The notes under the pieces are model-generated. The model ran no database searches. It was not told the origin of the DNA and saw only the letters and a list, made by a program, of their open reading frames with translations. A stretch of DNA of 64,000 nucleotides from Longimicrobiales bacterium (GTDB lineage: Bacteria > Gemmatimonadota > Gemmatimonadetes > Longimicrobiales > Gaopeijiaceae), in assembly GCA_965226375.1 (NCBI GenBank), contig CBDDCX010000005.1, positions 256,001 through 320,000 of the forward strand, read 5' to 3'. Of this stretch, positions 38,716-48,645 are shown one piece after another (position 1 is the first letter of the stretch; each line of letters begins with the position of its first letter). A program made the translations under genes and the position numbers.

Positions 38716-38979
38716 ACGGCTCATATACCCATAGGCTACGAGTTTGAGCATCAGGAGAACACCAAGATCGTCGAGCTTGCGGGCGCGAACTCAACGCATG
38801 CTCTTCTCGCCGGCGATGTTTTGGTGGGCAACGAGGTTCTCAAGGTGGCGCAGGTACAAATGACGCAGAGGGATGGCTGCGTCTCCGCCTCTGAAGCGGC
38901 TGAAATTGTCCGCGGAGCCTATCAACAGGAGTCTGGGTGACAACTGGCATAGACCCGGACGCCGCGTTAGCATCTCCCG

Positions 38980-39483
38980 ATGCTCGACGCCATTAAATCG
39001 TTCTTCAGTGCCTCCATGGCCCCTCCCGTGGACGCGGAAGAGGACCTGGGTGAAGAGGACGTACGTCTGGCCGCCTGCGCCCTTCTCATCGAGTTGGCCT
39101 ATGCGGACGATGAGTTCACGGAGGACGAACGACGGCACCTGACATCTGCCGTGCGCAGGCAGTACGGCCTCGGCGAAGAGCACGCCGAGGCTCTCATCAA
39201 TCTGGCGGAGTTGGCCCGGCGAGAGGCCGTGGACCTCTATCAGTTCACCAAGCTCATCAAGGCCAACTACTCACTGGGCCAGAAGATGGTGTTGATGGAG
39301 GTGATGTGGGGGCTCGTGTACGCCGACGGTGACCTGTCGGGCGACGAGGAGTCGCTCTTGCGGAAGGTCTGCCACCTCCTGGACCTGTCGCCGGGGTACC
39401 TGGCGGACGTCAAGAAGCGGGTGGAGGTCGGCCTGGACCCGACCGATCAGGATGCCCATGCCGATCCGCAGGTGCCCAACTGA
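38980..39483 (+). CDS. TerB family protein
   Basis: AACALLIELAYAD...E, DLYQFT, MWGLVYADG...E. Confidence 0.85.
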   Translation: MLDAIKSFFSASMAPPVDAEEDLGEEDVRLAACALLIELAYADDEFTEDERRHLTSAVRRQYGLGEEHAEALINLAELARREAVDLYQFTKLIKANYSLGQKMVLMEVMWGLVYADGDLSGDEESLLRKVCHLLDLSPGYLADVKKRVEVGLDPTDQDAHADPQVPN

Positions 39484-39574
39484 CGACGGGCCATTGAAGA
39501 CCGACCGTGCCTGCCACATATTTCGGGCGCGTACCGCGCCTTTGGCGACGACTGACACCTCAACACACAGAGCG

Positions 39575-39721
39575 ATGAATCTTCTTCCGGGTGGCTACAA
39601 CTTCATCCACATAGTGTTCTGGGGAGTCGTCGGATTGGTGGCCGTGGGCACCAACGCCGTCGCCATCATTCTGGCTACGGGGCTGGCCTTGCTTCTCCTG
39701 GAGTCCGTGGGACGGGCCTGA
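39575..39721 (+). CDS. Small membrane protein (48 aa)
   Basis: Hydrophobic ORF MNLLPGGYNFIHIVFWG... in a co-oriented gene run. Confidence 0.5.
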   Translation: MNLLPGGYNFIHIVFWGVVGLVAVGTNAVAIILATGLALLLLESVGRA

Positions 39722-39754
39722 GGCCGGTCCACACGACTCGAGCCGGAGACAGGA

Positions 39755-40012
39755 TTGGTCCTCTTTCTCAAGATTCTGGGGGGCGTCGCTGCGCTCGCCC
39801 TGGGGATGTACCTGGGTGGCGGAGGCTATACCCAGACCCCTGACGAGGTCGAGGCACGTCTGGGCAAGGGATTGCCTCGGAGGGCAAAGCGCCACTTCAT
39901 GTGGCTCAACTACCTTAAGGTCGGCCCCAGAGCTTCCGAGCGGCGTCGCGGCCGCCGGCACTTCAAGACGGCTGTGGCCCGGGATAAGGCGGAAGAGCGC
40001 TCCGAGGACTAG
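39755..40012 (+). CDS. Hypothetical membrane protein
   Basis: N-terminal TM followed by an Arg-rich tail. Confidence 0.55.
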   Translation: MVLFLKILGGVAALALGMYLGGGGYTQTPDEVEARLGKGLPRRAKRHFMWLNYLKVGPRASERRRGRRHFKTAVARDKAEERSED

Positions 40013-40017
40013 GGGTG

Positions 40018-40125
40018 CCCTTCGGGAGTGGGGTTGTGTGCCTCACTTCCTTCGGGAGTGAGGTTGTTCCCCCACTCCCTGCCGGGAGTGGGGTTGTGTC
40101 CCTCATTCCCTTCGGGATTGAGGGA
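40018..40125. repeat. Tandem palindromic repeat array, 30-bp period (REP-like)
   Basis: TTCGGGAGTG-like units at 40021, 40051, 40081, 40111; hairpins such as CCTCACTTCC-TTC-GGGAGTGAGG joined by TTGT linkers, between convergent genes. Confidence 0.8.
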
Positions 40126-40126
40126 G

Positions 40127-41695
40127 TCATCCCCAGATGCTGTCCAGAATCACCAGCGCGATCCCGATGATTCCCCCGAGCAGATAACCCAGCCGCACGA
40201 TGATCTTGAGCTCCTTGTGCGTCACCTTTTTCACGAGCTCTTCCATCCTAGCCGGCGGGAACGCTAGCACTTTTTCCTCCACGCGCCCCGCAACGTCGAT
40301 CTGTTGAATCACGTCGGGCACCTGCGTCTGGAGCCACTCCCAGATCGGGTTGCCTAGCGTCTCTTCGGCGGTGCGGGCGGCTCCTTCGGGGAGCCAATCG
40401 GCGGGCGTCCCGATGGGGCGTTCCAGGATATTTTTCTTGAGCCGGTCCGCGGCCTCGCGGTACAGGGTGGTCGCAGGCTCGCTCCGAGCTCCGGCTACCA
40501 GCCATTCGGCCACCCGGTCGGGCGGGAGCTTTTCGAACACCTCTCCCCAGGTCCGAGCCCCCATCTTGTCCAGGGCCACCTTGAGCTTTTCGACCACAAA
40601 GCTGCGTGACGATCGGTCCTGTGCGAGACCGACGAACCACCCGACGATCGTCCCCCGGGCGTCCAGGACGCTGGGGTCGTCCGGAGCACCGAGCACTGAG
40701 ACCACGGGGCGCCTCAGGAAGTCGACGATCGCGTCGTTGATTCCTCGCGCCATGGCGTCCTGCATGGCCTGCTCCTGGAGTATCTCGGTCAGGCGCTCGG
40801 CTCCATCCGCCTCGATCGTGTCCAGGACCATGTCCACTGTGGACTCGGTGATGATGAGCTTGGCGACCACTCTCTGATGAAACTTGAGATCGCCGAGGAA
40901 GCGGTGGAGCAGGTCGTGTATGAACGTCTCGAACTTGGCGCGTGCCTCTTTGTCCTCAAGCAACGTTCCCAGCCGCTGGATCGCGAGCGGGAGGTAGGCG
41001 GCGATGCCTTTCTCGACGGCCCCCACCAGTCCCATCGGGAGGATCTCCTGGAAGGTGCGATCGGGTTCGAGGAGTCTCCGGGCAGAGCGATCCAGGTAAT
41101 CGTCGATAGCCTGGCTGAAGTCCTCGCTTTCCACCGCCCCCGTCATCCACTCGTCGACCGCTTCAGAAATGGCTCCTTCGCGGGCTGGAGTCAGGATGCC
41201 CGCCACCGGCTCGTCCGCGATGGAGTGGACGATGTCCCCAGCTCGAGCAACGACGGTTCCCGCAAAACGATCCGACTGCAAGTATTCGTGCAGGCGCTCG
41301 AGTCCAAACGTGGCCACGTCCTCTACGACCCCCTCTATCTTCTCGTGCATGGCCTCGGGAAAGAGGTCCCGCACCGAGCCCCTTTCGCGGTGGAGGAGCG
41401 CCTCGAGGAAACCGGAGAGATGGCCGTCGAAGGCGGTCCGGAAGTCCTTGTCTCTGAAGATCTCTCCAAGATCCTCTTCGGTGAGAAGGCGTGTGCCCAC
41501 GGTGCGTCCAACGGCAGCCGCAAGGCGTGCCTGATTCTTCGGAATGGCCCCCTGGAGCATCTTGATGTCCCGCTTCCCGACACGCGGCGCTTCGTACGGG
41601 TGGAAGAGCATCCAGATAGCCACCGAGTTCGTGAGCCCCCCTGCGAGAGATCCGAAGGTGATCGCTATCAGAGCACGAATCAGTTCCTCGGGCAT
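40127..41695 (-). CDS. DUF445 family protein
   Basis: GGLTNSVAIWMLFHP, GAIPKN, ELKIIVRLGYLLGGIIG. Confidence 0.85.
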   Translation of the reverse strand: MPEELIRALIAITFGSLAGGLTNSVAIWMLFHPYEAPRVGKRDIKMLQGAIPKNQARLAAAVGRTVGTRLLTEEDLGEIFRDKDFRTAFDGHLSGFLEALLHRERGSVRDLFPEAMHEKIEGVVEDVATFGLERLHEYLQSDRFAGTVVARAGDIVHSIADEPVAGILTPAREGAISEAVDEWMTGAVESEDFSQAIDDYLDRSARRLLEPDRTFQEILPMGLVGAVEKGIAAYLPLAIQRLGTLLEDKEARAKFETFIHDLLHRFLGDLKFHQRVVAKLIITESTVDMVLDTIEADGAERLTEILQEQAMQDAMARGINDAIVDFLRRPVVSVLGAPDDPSVLDARGTIVGWFVGLAQDRSSRSFVVEKLKVALDKMGARTWGEVFEKLPPDRVAEWLVAGARSEPATTLYREAADRLKKNILERPIGTPADWLPEGAARTAEETLGNPIWEWLQTQVPDVIQQIDVAGRVEEKVLAFPPARMEELVKKVTHKELKIIVRLGYLLGGIIGIALVILDSIWG

Positions 41696-41699
41696 GCCG

Positions 41700-42665
41700 C
41701 TACCTCTGCAAGTGGCGCACGAGTCCCCGCACCTCCAACGAATCCCCGGCCAGAATGAGGGATCCGGAGACCTGATAGAGCCCCTCGACCGGAAGAAGCG
41801 GTCCCTCTCCCGTCGCGGTGCGGAGTTCCATTCCGGTACTGACGAGCGAGAGGTCCACCTCTCCGTCGTCGGACCGAACCTCCCAGGCGACGGGAACGTC
41901 TCGCCGCGCCTCCTCGAACGATCGTACCGAGCTCCATTCCACCTCTATCTCCGGCCAACGATACTCCTCCTCGCCCCGTCTGCCCCAGGCGGTGTAGTGC
42001 GGGGATCCGTCCGTTTCCTCGATCATGAGCGCCAAGCGCCCCGGCCCGGTCAGGAACATCCACTCGCCCGGATACGGGCCTTCGCGGAGATACACCCGGC
42101 TCATGTCCAGTATCATGCCTTCGATGCGCTGATTACCTAAGTGGACCGCCCCCTGGTGAACGCGGAAGGTCTCCCCACGACTTCCGCTCCAGTCCGACAT
42201 CCCCTCATCGATGATCACCTCGAGCTGCCTGGGCCCCTCTTCGTAGAGGATCTCCTCGAGGACTCCGTCCGATCCCACCACCAGATCCATGGGGCCGCGC
42301 GGGTGGATGAGAAACGGGGATCGGGTCGATGGAGAGATCCATCGGTCGGTGAAGAACGGCTCCCAAAGCCCGGATCGTGCCAGCCAACCCTCCGCGGTTC
42401 GCTCGACTCCCAGTGCGGACACGGACGACCTGAACAGCCACGGGACGATAATGGCGCTGTCCGCGCCGACCGTCACGAACACGATATTCCGTTCATAAAC
42501 GCGGTCGTCCAGGGTTCGATCGGGGCCGGCGTCGGGCGTGGTTCCCCCGGTGGACGCCGGACGCTGTGGAGTGTCTTGCCCACAACCTGTCAGGATGAGG
42601 AACACGCCGAGGAGAACCCGAAGTCGAACGAAGCCTCCGTCCGTCATCCAGCTTCCACGGTCCAT
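41700..42665 (-). CDS. Hypothetical lipoprotein
   Basis: ILTGC lipobox; overlapping operon arrangement. Confidence 0.65.
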   Translation of the reverse strand: MDRGSWMTDGGFVRLRVLLGVFLILTGCGQDTPQRPASTGGTTPDAGPDRTLDDRVYERNIVFVTVGADSAIIVPWLFRSSVSALGVERTAEGWLARSGLWEPFFTDRWISPSTRSPFLIHPRGPMDLVVGSDGVLEEILYEEGPRQLEVIIDEGMSDWSGSRGETFRVHQGAVHLGNQRIEGMILDMSRVYLREGPYPGEWMFLTGPGRLALMIEETDGSPHYTAWGRRGEEEYRWPEIEVEWSSVRSFEEARRDVPVAWEVRSDDGEVDLSLVSTGMELRTATGEGPLLPVEGLYQVSGSLILAGDSLEVRGLVRHLQR

Positions 42666-43081
42666 GTCTCCAGGACTGTCGGATCCAGGATCATTCCGTT
42701 TTCAGCGCCGAGCTGCCGGTCTAGTCGTCTCAGTAGCCGGCCGATCCGGCGGGCGTTGGTCCCCAGGTCCCCTCGTCCCTTGCGGGATCGAGACCTGATG
42801 TCGACCCGCGTCATGGCGTGCTCGTCCAGGCTGATCCGAATCTCCAGATCGTCGATGAACTTGAAGACCAGCGTTTCGCACCGGACTCGGATAAATCCTT
42901 CCAGGTCGTTGGCCTGGAGAAGCGTCCAGCGCCCATGCCGCCGGACGATATCGAGACACGCCGTCCAGACCTGATCGAAGGGAATGGCGTAGGTACGCCC
43001 CTGAAGCCGGAGATCCTGGGACCGGGGGTCCGTCTCTGCCCGATTGGTGGTGAGGGCTCGCTCGAGGCGTTCTCTCAGCAA
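42644..43081 (-). CDS. DUF1499 domain protein
   Basis: TLVFKFIDDLEI...RSRSRKGRGDLGTNARRI. Confidence 0.82.
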   Translation of the reverse strand: MLRERLERALTTNRAETDPRSQDLRLQGRTYAIPFDQVWTACLDIVRRHGRWTLLQANDLEGFIRVRCETLVFKFIDDLEIRISLDEHAMTRVDIRSRSRKGRGDLGTNARRIGRLLRRLDRQLGAENGMILDPTVLETWTVEAG

Positions 43082-43209
43082 CCGGTTAGCCTCCAGGGTA
43101 ATGTCGGAGAAGTAGTGGCTCGGCGGCGGATGTCTTGACCCGCACTCCGCAAGAGTGTTCCCCTTTCATTGATTGCACCGGATACACGAGTTCCGTAATG
43201 TCCGCCCCC

Positions 43210-44211
43210 ATGAAAGCTATAATTCCCCTGGCGGGAAAGGGAACGCGCCTCCGCCCCCACACGCACGTCACGCCCAAGCCGCTCGTCCACGTCGCCGGCC
43301 GTCCGGTGATGAGCTACATCATGGACGATCTGGCCGAGCTCGGGGTGCAGGAGATCGTGTTCGTGGTGGGTTATCTCCGGGGGGTCATCGAGTCGTACAT
43401 CGCCGAGGCGTATCCTGACATTACGGCCCACTATGTGGTCCAGGAGGTTCAAGACGGCACGGCCGGGGCCGTTGCGCTCGCCGAGCCCTACGTGGACGCC
43501 GAGGTGCTCATCCTGTTCGTCGACACTCTCTTCGATGCCGACCTCACGCTCGTACGCCGGGTCGATGAGACCACCGGGGGCATCATCTGGGCCAAGGAGG
43601 TGGAGGACTACCAGCGTTACGGAGCCATCCTCACCGACCGGGACGGGAACATGGAGCGGATCGTGGAGAAGCCCTCCGAGCCCGTCTCGAAGCTCGCGAA
43701 CATCGGGCTCTACTACATGAAGGATTGGGAGCTCTTGTTCAAGGGCGTCGCCCACACGCTGGCTGCCGAGCCGGGGCCGTCGGGTGAGTTCTACCTGACG
43801 GACGCGTTCCAGTACATGGTCGACCACGGATCCAAGATCCGGGTTGCGCCTGTGAAAGGCTGGTACGACTGCGGGAAGCCGGACACTCTGCTCGATACGA
43901 ACCGCTACCTTCTGGAGCGAGGCCGGGCGGGCGTCGACGACTCGGCCACGGTCGAGGGGAGCAACCTTGTCGAGCCGGTTCGTGTGGAGGAAGATGCGTG
44001 GGTCATCGGTTGCACCCTGGGCCCCAACGTCACGATCGAGTCCGGCGCCCGAATCGAGGGCTCCAGGTTGGTCGACACCATGGTCGGCCACGACTCCGTC
44101 ATAGAGGGGTCCGACCTGAGGGGCTCGTTGGTGGGGTCCCACTCCCAGGTGCGCGCGTTTCGGGGCCAGCTCAGCGTCGTCGACCACTCCGAGATCGTAG
44201 GCGGTCAGTAG
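43210..44211 (+). CDS. Sugar-phosphate nucleotidyltransferase
   Basis: IIPLAGKGTRLRP...PKPL, QDGTAGA, VEKP, GEFYLTDA, WYDCG; C-terminal hexapeptide repeats. Confidence 0.88.
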   Translation: MKAIIPLAGKGTRLRPHTHVTPKPLVHVAGRPVMSYIMDDLAELGVQEIVFVVGYLRGVIESYIAEAYPDITAHYVVQEVQDGTAGAVALAEPYVDAEVLILFVDTLFDADLTLVRRVDETTGGIIWAKEVEDYQRYGAILTDRDGNMERIVEKPSEPVSKLANIGLYYMKDWELLFKGVAHTLAAEPGPSGEFYLTDAFQYMVDHGSKIRVAPVKGWYDCGKPDTLLDTNRYLLERGRAGVDDSATVEGSNLVEPVRVEEDAWVIGCTLGPNVTIESGARIEGSRLVDTMVGHDSVIEGSDLRGSLVGSHSQVRAFRGQLSVVDHSEIVGGQ

Positions 44212-44233
44212 GAGAACCTTCTAGGACAGGACT

Positions 44234-45508
44234 CTAGGACACTCCTGCGACCAGGAGCGCCGTGTAAAGCGCGCGACAGATGCCTTCCGGCCCCTTGGTG
44301 TTTCGATACCACTCCTTCAACGTGTGAGCCCCGCCCGCCTCTCCCCCGGCCCCTAGCGTAATGGCTGGGATCCCCAGTGACATCGGGAGGTTGGCATCCG
44401 TGGATGAGGCGACCAGGTCGGCCTCCACTTCGAGAATGCGTGTTGCGGCCAATGCCGCCTCCACGAGGGGAGAGTCGGCATCGGTCGCCCCGGTTGGGCG
44501 CACGCCGATGAGCGTAATCTGAAGGTTGAGCCGTTGCGACTCGTCGATCGCTCCCGAGTTCTCCTCCTCCACGGACCGTCGCAGGGCGGCCCGAATCCGC
44601 TCCTCGGCGACCTCGAGGTGCCGCTGTGATTCACTTCGTATGTCGATCTCCGCCCAGGCTTCGACGGGAATCGTGTTCACGCTGGTGCCACCGCCGAAAC
44701 GTGAGATGGTGAGACTCAGGGCCGGTTGCGTCGGCGGGGGCCAGGATGCCAGGGCACCGATGGCCCGACCCAGCGCGTGAATCGGGTTGGGGACGCCCCA
44801 GTCCACCCACGAGTGTCCGCCTCGCCCGCTGAGCGCGACCTGGAATCGCCGGGCGCCGAGCCCCCGGTTCACGATCGTGCGGATACCCGCCCCATCGAGG
44901 GAGATGAACGCACACGCGTCGGCGGCGGGCCCTTGGCCACGAAATAGGTGTTTGGCCCCGCGGAGGTCACCGTTTCCCTCTTCGCCCACTGTAGCCACGA
45001 AGAGGATCGGCCTACGGGTCGGGACTTCGGCTACTGCGAGGGCCCTCGCCACCGCGAGCAGAGCTGCAAGGCCCCGACCGTCGTCGGAGATGCCTGGCGC
45101 TCGAAGGACCCCGTCGTCGACTCGTACCGAGAGATCCGTGCCGGAGGGGAACACCGTATCGAGGTGGGCCGCCACCACGACCGGCGTCCCCGCCTCCAGG
45201 CCGGGGCGTATTCCCATGACGTTGCCGACATCGTCCTCGTGGACCGCGACCAGCCCGGCTTCCTCGAGCAGCTCCGCCATGCGCCGCCCACGGGCTTCTT
45301 CTCCGAAGGACGGTGAGGGGATCTCGGTGAGCTCCACCTGATCTCGGAGCGTACGCTCGTCGGTGGCCATGACGTGGTCACGTGCGGCTCTGACGCCGGA
45401 ACGCTCCAGGAGCTCTGTCACGTCGGGCAGCGTGGAGTAAGGCATTCCTCCAAGCTCGGGGCCTGTCGAGGACGCGTCAAACGGTACCCGCCGACTCGCG
45501 TGAGACAC
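44234..45508 (-). CDS. M20/M25/M40 peptidase
   Basis: AHLDTVF, PGISDD, VGEEG, GGHSW, STDAN, AHTLKEW; start uncertain. Confidence 0.87.
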   Translation of the reverse strand: MSHASRRVPFDASSTGPELGGMPYSTLPDVTELLERSGVRAARDHVMATDERTLRDQVELTEIPSPSFGEEARGRRMAELLEEAGLVAVHEDDVGNVMGIRPGLEAGTPVVVAAHLDTVFPSGTDLSVRVDDGVLRAPGISDDGRGLAALLAVARALAVAEVPTRRPILFVATVGEEGNGDLRGAKHLFRGQGPAADACAFISLDGAGIRTIVNRGLGARRFQVALSGRGGHSWVDWGVPNPIHALGRAIGALASWPPPTQPALSLTISRFGGGTSVNTIPVEAWAEIDIRSESQRHLEVAEERIRAALRRSVEEENSGAIDESQRLNLQITLIGVRPTGATDADSPLVEAALAATRILEVEADLVASSTDANLPMSLGIPAITLGAGGEAGGAHTLKEWYRNTKGPEGICRALYTALLVAGVS

Positions 45509-45616
45509 ATACGACGCCAGGTCGCCTGTAGGATTCGCGTGCTGCTGGCTATCTTGCGTACATACATGGGGTGGGCCTCGGGGCCCTCACCCAGAGGCGA
45601 CTCGAATCATGTGGCC

Positions 45617-46852
45617 ATGGACGAGCAGGAGCTAATTCACGACTGGAACTCCGCCGATGCCGATGCGTTCGACTGGACGTCGGTGTCCGGTGTCGAGTTG
45701 GATGACGAGACGTTGCGGGACGGGCTTCAGAACCCTTCCGTGGTGGACCCACCCATCGAAGCGAAGATTCGGCTGCTCCACCTGATGGACGAGCTGGGTA
45801 TCCACACGGCCGACATCGGCTTGCCCGGGGCCGGCCCGCGAGCCGTCGAAGCCGTCCGAGCCTTGGCCACCGAGATCGTGAGCGCCGACCTGTCCATCAC
45901 GGCCAACTGTGCCGCCCGCACGGTGGTGGCCGACGTGCAGCCGATCGCGGACATCTCCCAAGCCGTGGGCATGCCGATCGAGGCCTGCACGTTCATCGGC
46001 AGCTCGCCGATCCGGCAATACGCCGAGGACTGGACCCTGGACAAGATGCTCCGGGTGTCGGAGGAGGCCGTGACGTTCGCCGTGTCGGAGGGCTTGCCGG
46101 TCATGTTCGTGACCGAAGACACCGTGCGCGCCAAGCCAGAAACGCTCCAGGCCTTGTACGGGAAAGCGATCCAGTGGGGCGCACGCCGGCTCTGTGTGGC
46201 CGATACGGTGGGGCATGCCACTCCCGACGGCGTGCGGGCCGTGGTCCGATTCGTGATCGAGCAGATCGTCGAGCCGTCGGGGGAGGACGTAGGGGTGGAT
46301 TGGCATGGCCACCGTGACCGTGGTCTCGGACTGGCCAATGCCCTCGCGGCCATCGAGGCCGGCGCCACCCGCATCCATGGCACGGCCCTCGGCATCGGTG
46401 AGCGCGTGGGCAACGTGGAGATGGACCTCCTTCTTGTGAACCTCAAACTACTCGGGCTCCACGACGCCGATCTCACGCGACTGCCCGAATACTGCGAAAC
46501 GGCCGCACAGGCCTGTCAGGTGCCCCTCCCGAGCAGCTACCCGGTCGTGGGCCGCGATGCGTTCCGCACAGGTACTGGGGTACATGCGGCTGCTATCGTG
46601 AAGGCTGCAGCCAAAGGGGACGCGTGGCTGGCCGACCGGATCTACTCGGGCGTACCGGCTTCGATGGTAGGGAGGGTCCAGGAGATCGAGATCGGCCCTA
46701 TGTCGGGGCTCTCGAACGTGAAAGCCTGGCTGGCCGCCCATGGATACGACGCCGACGACGAAGTTGCCTGCCGTACGCTCTTCGACGCCGCCAAGGCCAC
46801 GGATCACACCCTGACCGAGGGCGAGATCACGGCGTTCCTCGACAGCGCTTGA
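45617..46852 (+). CDS. LeuA/homocitrate-synthase family (DRE-TIM) protein without regulatory domain
   Basis: DETLRDGLQ, HGHRDRG, GIGERVGN, GVHAAA. Confidence 0.85.
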   Translation: MDEQELIHDWNSADADAFDWTSVSGVELDDETLRDGLQNPSVVDPPIEAKIRLLHLMDELGIHTADIGLPGAGPRAVEAVRALATEIVSADLSITANCAARTVVADVQPIADISQAVGMPIEACTFIGSSPIRQYAEDWTLDKMLRVSEEAVTFAVSEGLPVMFVTEDTVRAKPETLQALYGKAIQWGARRLCVADTVGHATPDGVRAVVRFVIEQIVEPSGEDVGVDWHGHRDRGLGLANALAAIEAGATRIHGTALGIGERVGNVEMDLLLVNLKLLGLHDADLTRLPEYCETAAQACQVPLPSSYPVVGRDAFRTGTGVHAAAIVKAAAKGDAWLADRIYSGVPASMVGRVQEIEIGPMSGLSNVKAWLAAHGYDADDEVACRTLFDAAKATDHTLTEGEITAFLDSA

Positions 46853-46974
46853 GCGAGGGGCCGTGAGGGGTCCGTTGCGGAAGGTACGGTTTGGCCCCTA
46901 ACATCCCGTAAACGGGCGTTTCCTTACTATGTCACGGCCTACCGATCCCGTACGGCTTGGCCGTGTGGCGTTCC

Positions 46975-47898
46975 ATGTCCGACCAACAACCCGACAAAAC
47001 CGTTTCAGCGCGGGGCGACGAGCCGTCCGAGCAGGAGCAGATCGGCACCGCGGAGCCTCCGGCTCTGGAGGATGTTGTCGAGCAACTGCTCGACGAGGTG
47101 GGCATCCGAACCCAGCCGCTGCCGCTGCTCAACCTCGAGGGCTTGAGGGACAAGGTGGCTGTTGTCAGCGGTGGATCCGCCGGGATCGGGCGGGCCATCG
47201 TCATGGATTTGGCCAGGGCCGGAGCCAACGTGGCATTCTGCTTCCTGGACACCGGCGAGGAGTCCAGGGCCGAGGCCGACGACGTGGCGAGTGCCCTGCG
47301 GGAGCTGGAGGAGGTGCGCGTCCACTGTGAGGCGTGCGACGTTCGCGATTCCGCTCAGGTCAACGGATTCGTCCAGAACACCGTCGAGCGTCTGGGCGGC
47401 CTCCACGTCGTGGTGAACAACGCGGGGGTCGGGCGTGATCGGGCTCTGTGGCATATGGATGACGACCAATGGTCTACGGTCCTGGACACGAATTTGTCCG
47501 GTGTCTTCCACATGACCCGGGCGGTGGCGCCGCATCTCCGGGCCCAGGAGTGGGGCAAGATCGTCAACATCACCTCCGTCCACGGACTGCGTAGCGAGTT
47601 CGGTATTGCCAACTACGCGGCGTCGAAGGCGGGGATCATCGGCTTCACCCGGAGTGCCGCCGTCGAGCTCGGCCCCCGGAATATCAACGTGAACGCGGTT
47701 GCCCCTGGTTATATCCGCACGACCCGCCTGACGGCCGGCGTACCCGCCGAGATCCTGGATCAGGCGCGCGAGCGGAGCGTGCTGGGCAGGCTCGGAGATC
47801 CCCAGGACGTATCAAGTGTGGTCCTCTTCTTGTGTTCCGAGGCGGCTCGGCATATCACCGGGGTCGTGATCCCGATCGACGGCGGGTACCTCCTCTAG
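46975..47898 (+). CDS. FabG-like SDR with acidic N-terminal extension
   Basis: SGGSAGIG, NNAGV, NYAASKAG, NAVAPGYI, IDGG. Confidence 0.85.
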   Translation: MSDQQPDKTVSARGDEPSEQEQIGTAEPPALEDVVEQLLDEVGIRTQPLPLLNLEGLRDKVAVVSGGSAGIGRAIVMDLARAGANVAFCFLDTGEESRAEADDVASALRELEEVRVHCEACDVRDSAQVNGFVQNTVERLGGLHVVVNNAGVGRDRALWHMDDDQWSTVLDTNLSGVFHMTRAVAPHLRAQEWGKIVNITSVHGLRSEFGIANYAASKAGIIGFTRSAAVELGPRNINVNAVAPGYIRTTRLTAGVPAEILDQARERSVLGRLGDPQDVSSVVLFLCSEAARHITGVVIPIDGGYLL

Positions 47899-47929
47899 TG
47901 GGTCGAGGGCCCACTGGAATGGTGAGACG

Positions 47930-48640
47930 ATGAAATTCTGGGTGGGTACCAGCGGATTCTCGTACAAGGAGTGGAAGGGGAGCTTCTATCCGGAGGATCT
48001 GCCCAACGATCAGATGCTCTCCTACTACGGCGAGCGACTCAATGCGGTGGAGATCAACAACACCTTCTATCGCATGCCCTCCAGGAAGGTGCTGACCGAC
48101 TGGTCCGGTAAGGTGCCTGACGACTTCTCCTTCGTGCTCAAGGCATCGCGCAAGATCACGCACTTCAAGAGACTCAAGGAGGAGGCTGCCGACGAGCTCG
48201 CCTACCTCCTGGACGTATCCGCTGAGCTGGGTGGGCGCCGCGGCCCAATCCTCTTCCAGCTTCCCCCGAACCTGAAGAAGGACGTCGAGCGCCTGCGGAA
48301 CTTCGTGACCCTCTTTCCGGAGGGCTTCCGGTCTGCGTTCGAGTTCCGCAACTCGACCTGGTTCGACGAGGAGGTCTACGATGTCTTGAGGGACGCGGGA
48401 GCGGCGCTGGTGGCGGCCGACACGGGCGGGGAGGACGACCCTCCGGTGGTGGCAACGACTTCCTACGGATATGCTCGGCTGCGCAAAGAGGTGTATGAAT
48501 CAGGCGAGTTGACCCGCTGGGCCGAAGTCTTCAGGGACCAAGGCTGGGAGGATGTCTTCGTGTTTTTCAAGCACGAGGATGAAGGCGCGGGGCCGGCTTT
48601 GGCCGACTCGTTCGTCAAAGAACTGGAATCAGAGGCGTAA
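47930..48640 (+). CDS. DUF72 domain protein
   Basis: VGTSGFSY..W, VEINNTFY, LFQLPP, FEFR, VFFKH. Confidence 0.9.
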   Translation: MKFWVGTSGFSYKEWKGSFYPEDLPNDQMLSYYGERLNAVEINNTFYRMPSRKVLTDWSGKVPDDFSFVLKASRKITHFKRLKEEAADELAYLLDVSAELGGRRGPILFQLPPNLKKDVERLRNFVTLFPEGFRSAFEFRNSTWFDEEVYDVLRDAGAALVAADTGGEDDPPVVATTSYGYARLRKEVYESGELTRWAEVFRDQGWEDVFVFFKHEDEGAGPALADSFVKELESEA

Positions 48641-48645
48641 CCCAG

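Larger units (their letters stand above)
37571..38940 (+). pseudogene. Proteasome beta-subunit-like Ntn hydrolase gene interrupted by IS1595 and 3'-truncated
   Basis: Removing the IS and one ACGGCTCA copy joins 37571-37647 to 38724-38940 in frame: MTVCIAALYGDGAGVVLVTDRMVTAHIPIGYEFEHQENTKIVELAGANSTHALLAGD... Confidence 0.7.

Noticed and set aside
40018..40125. Possible CRISPR array
   Set aside because: Units are contiguous with no unique spacers, there are only about 3.5 copies, and no cas genes are present
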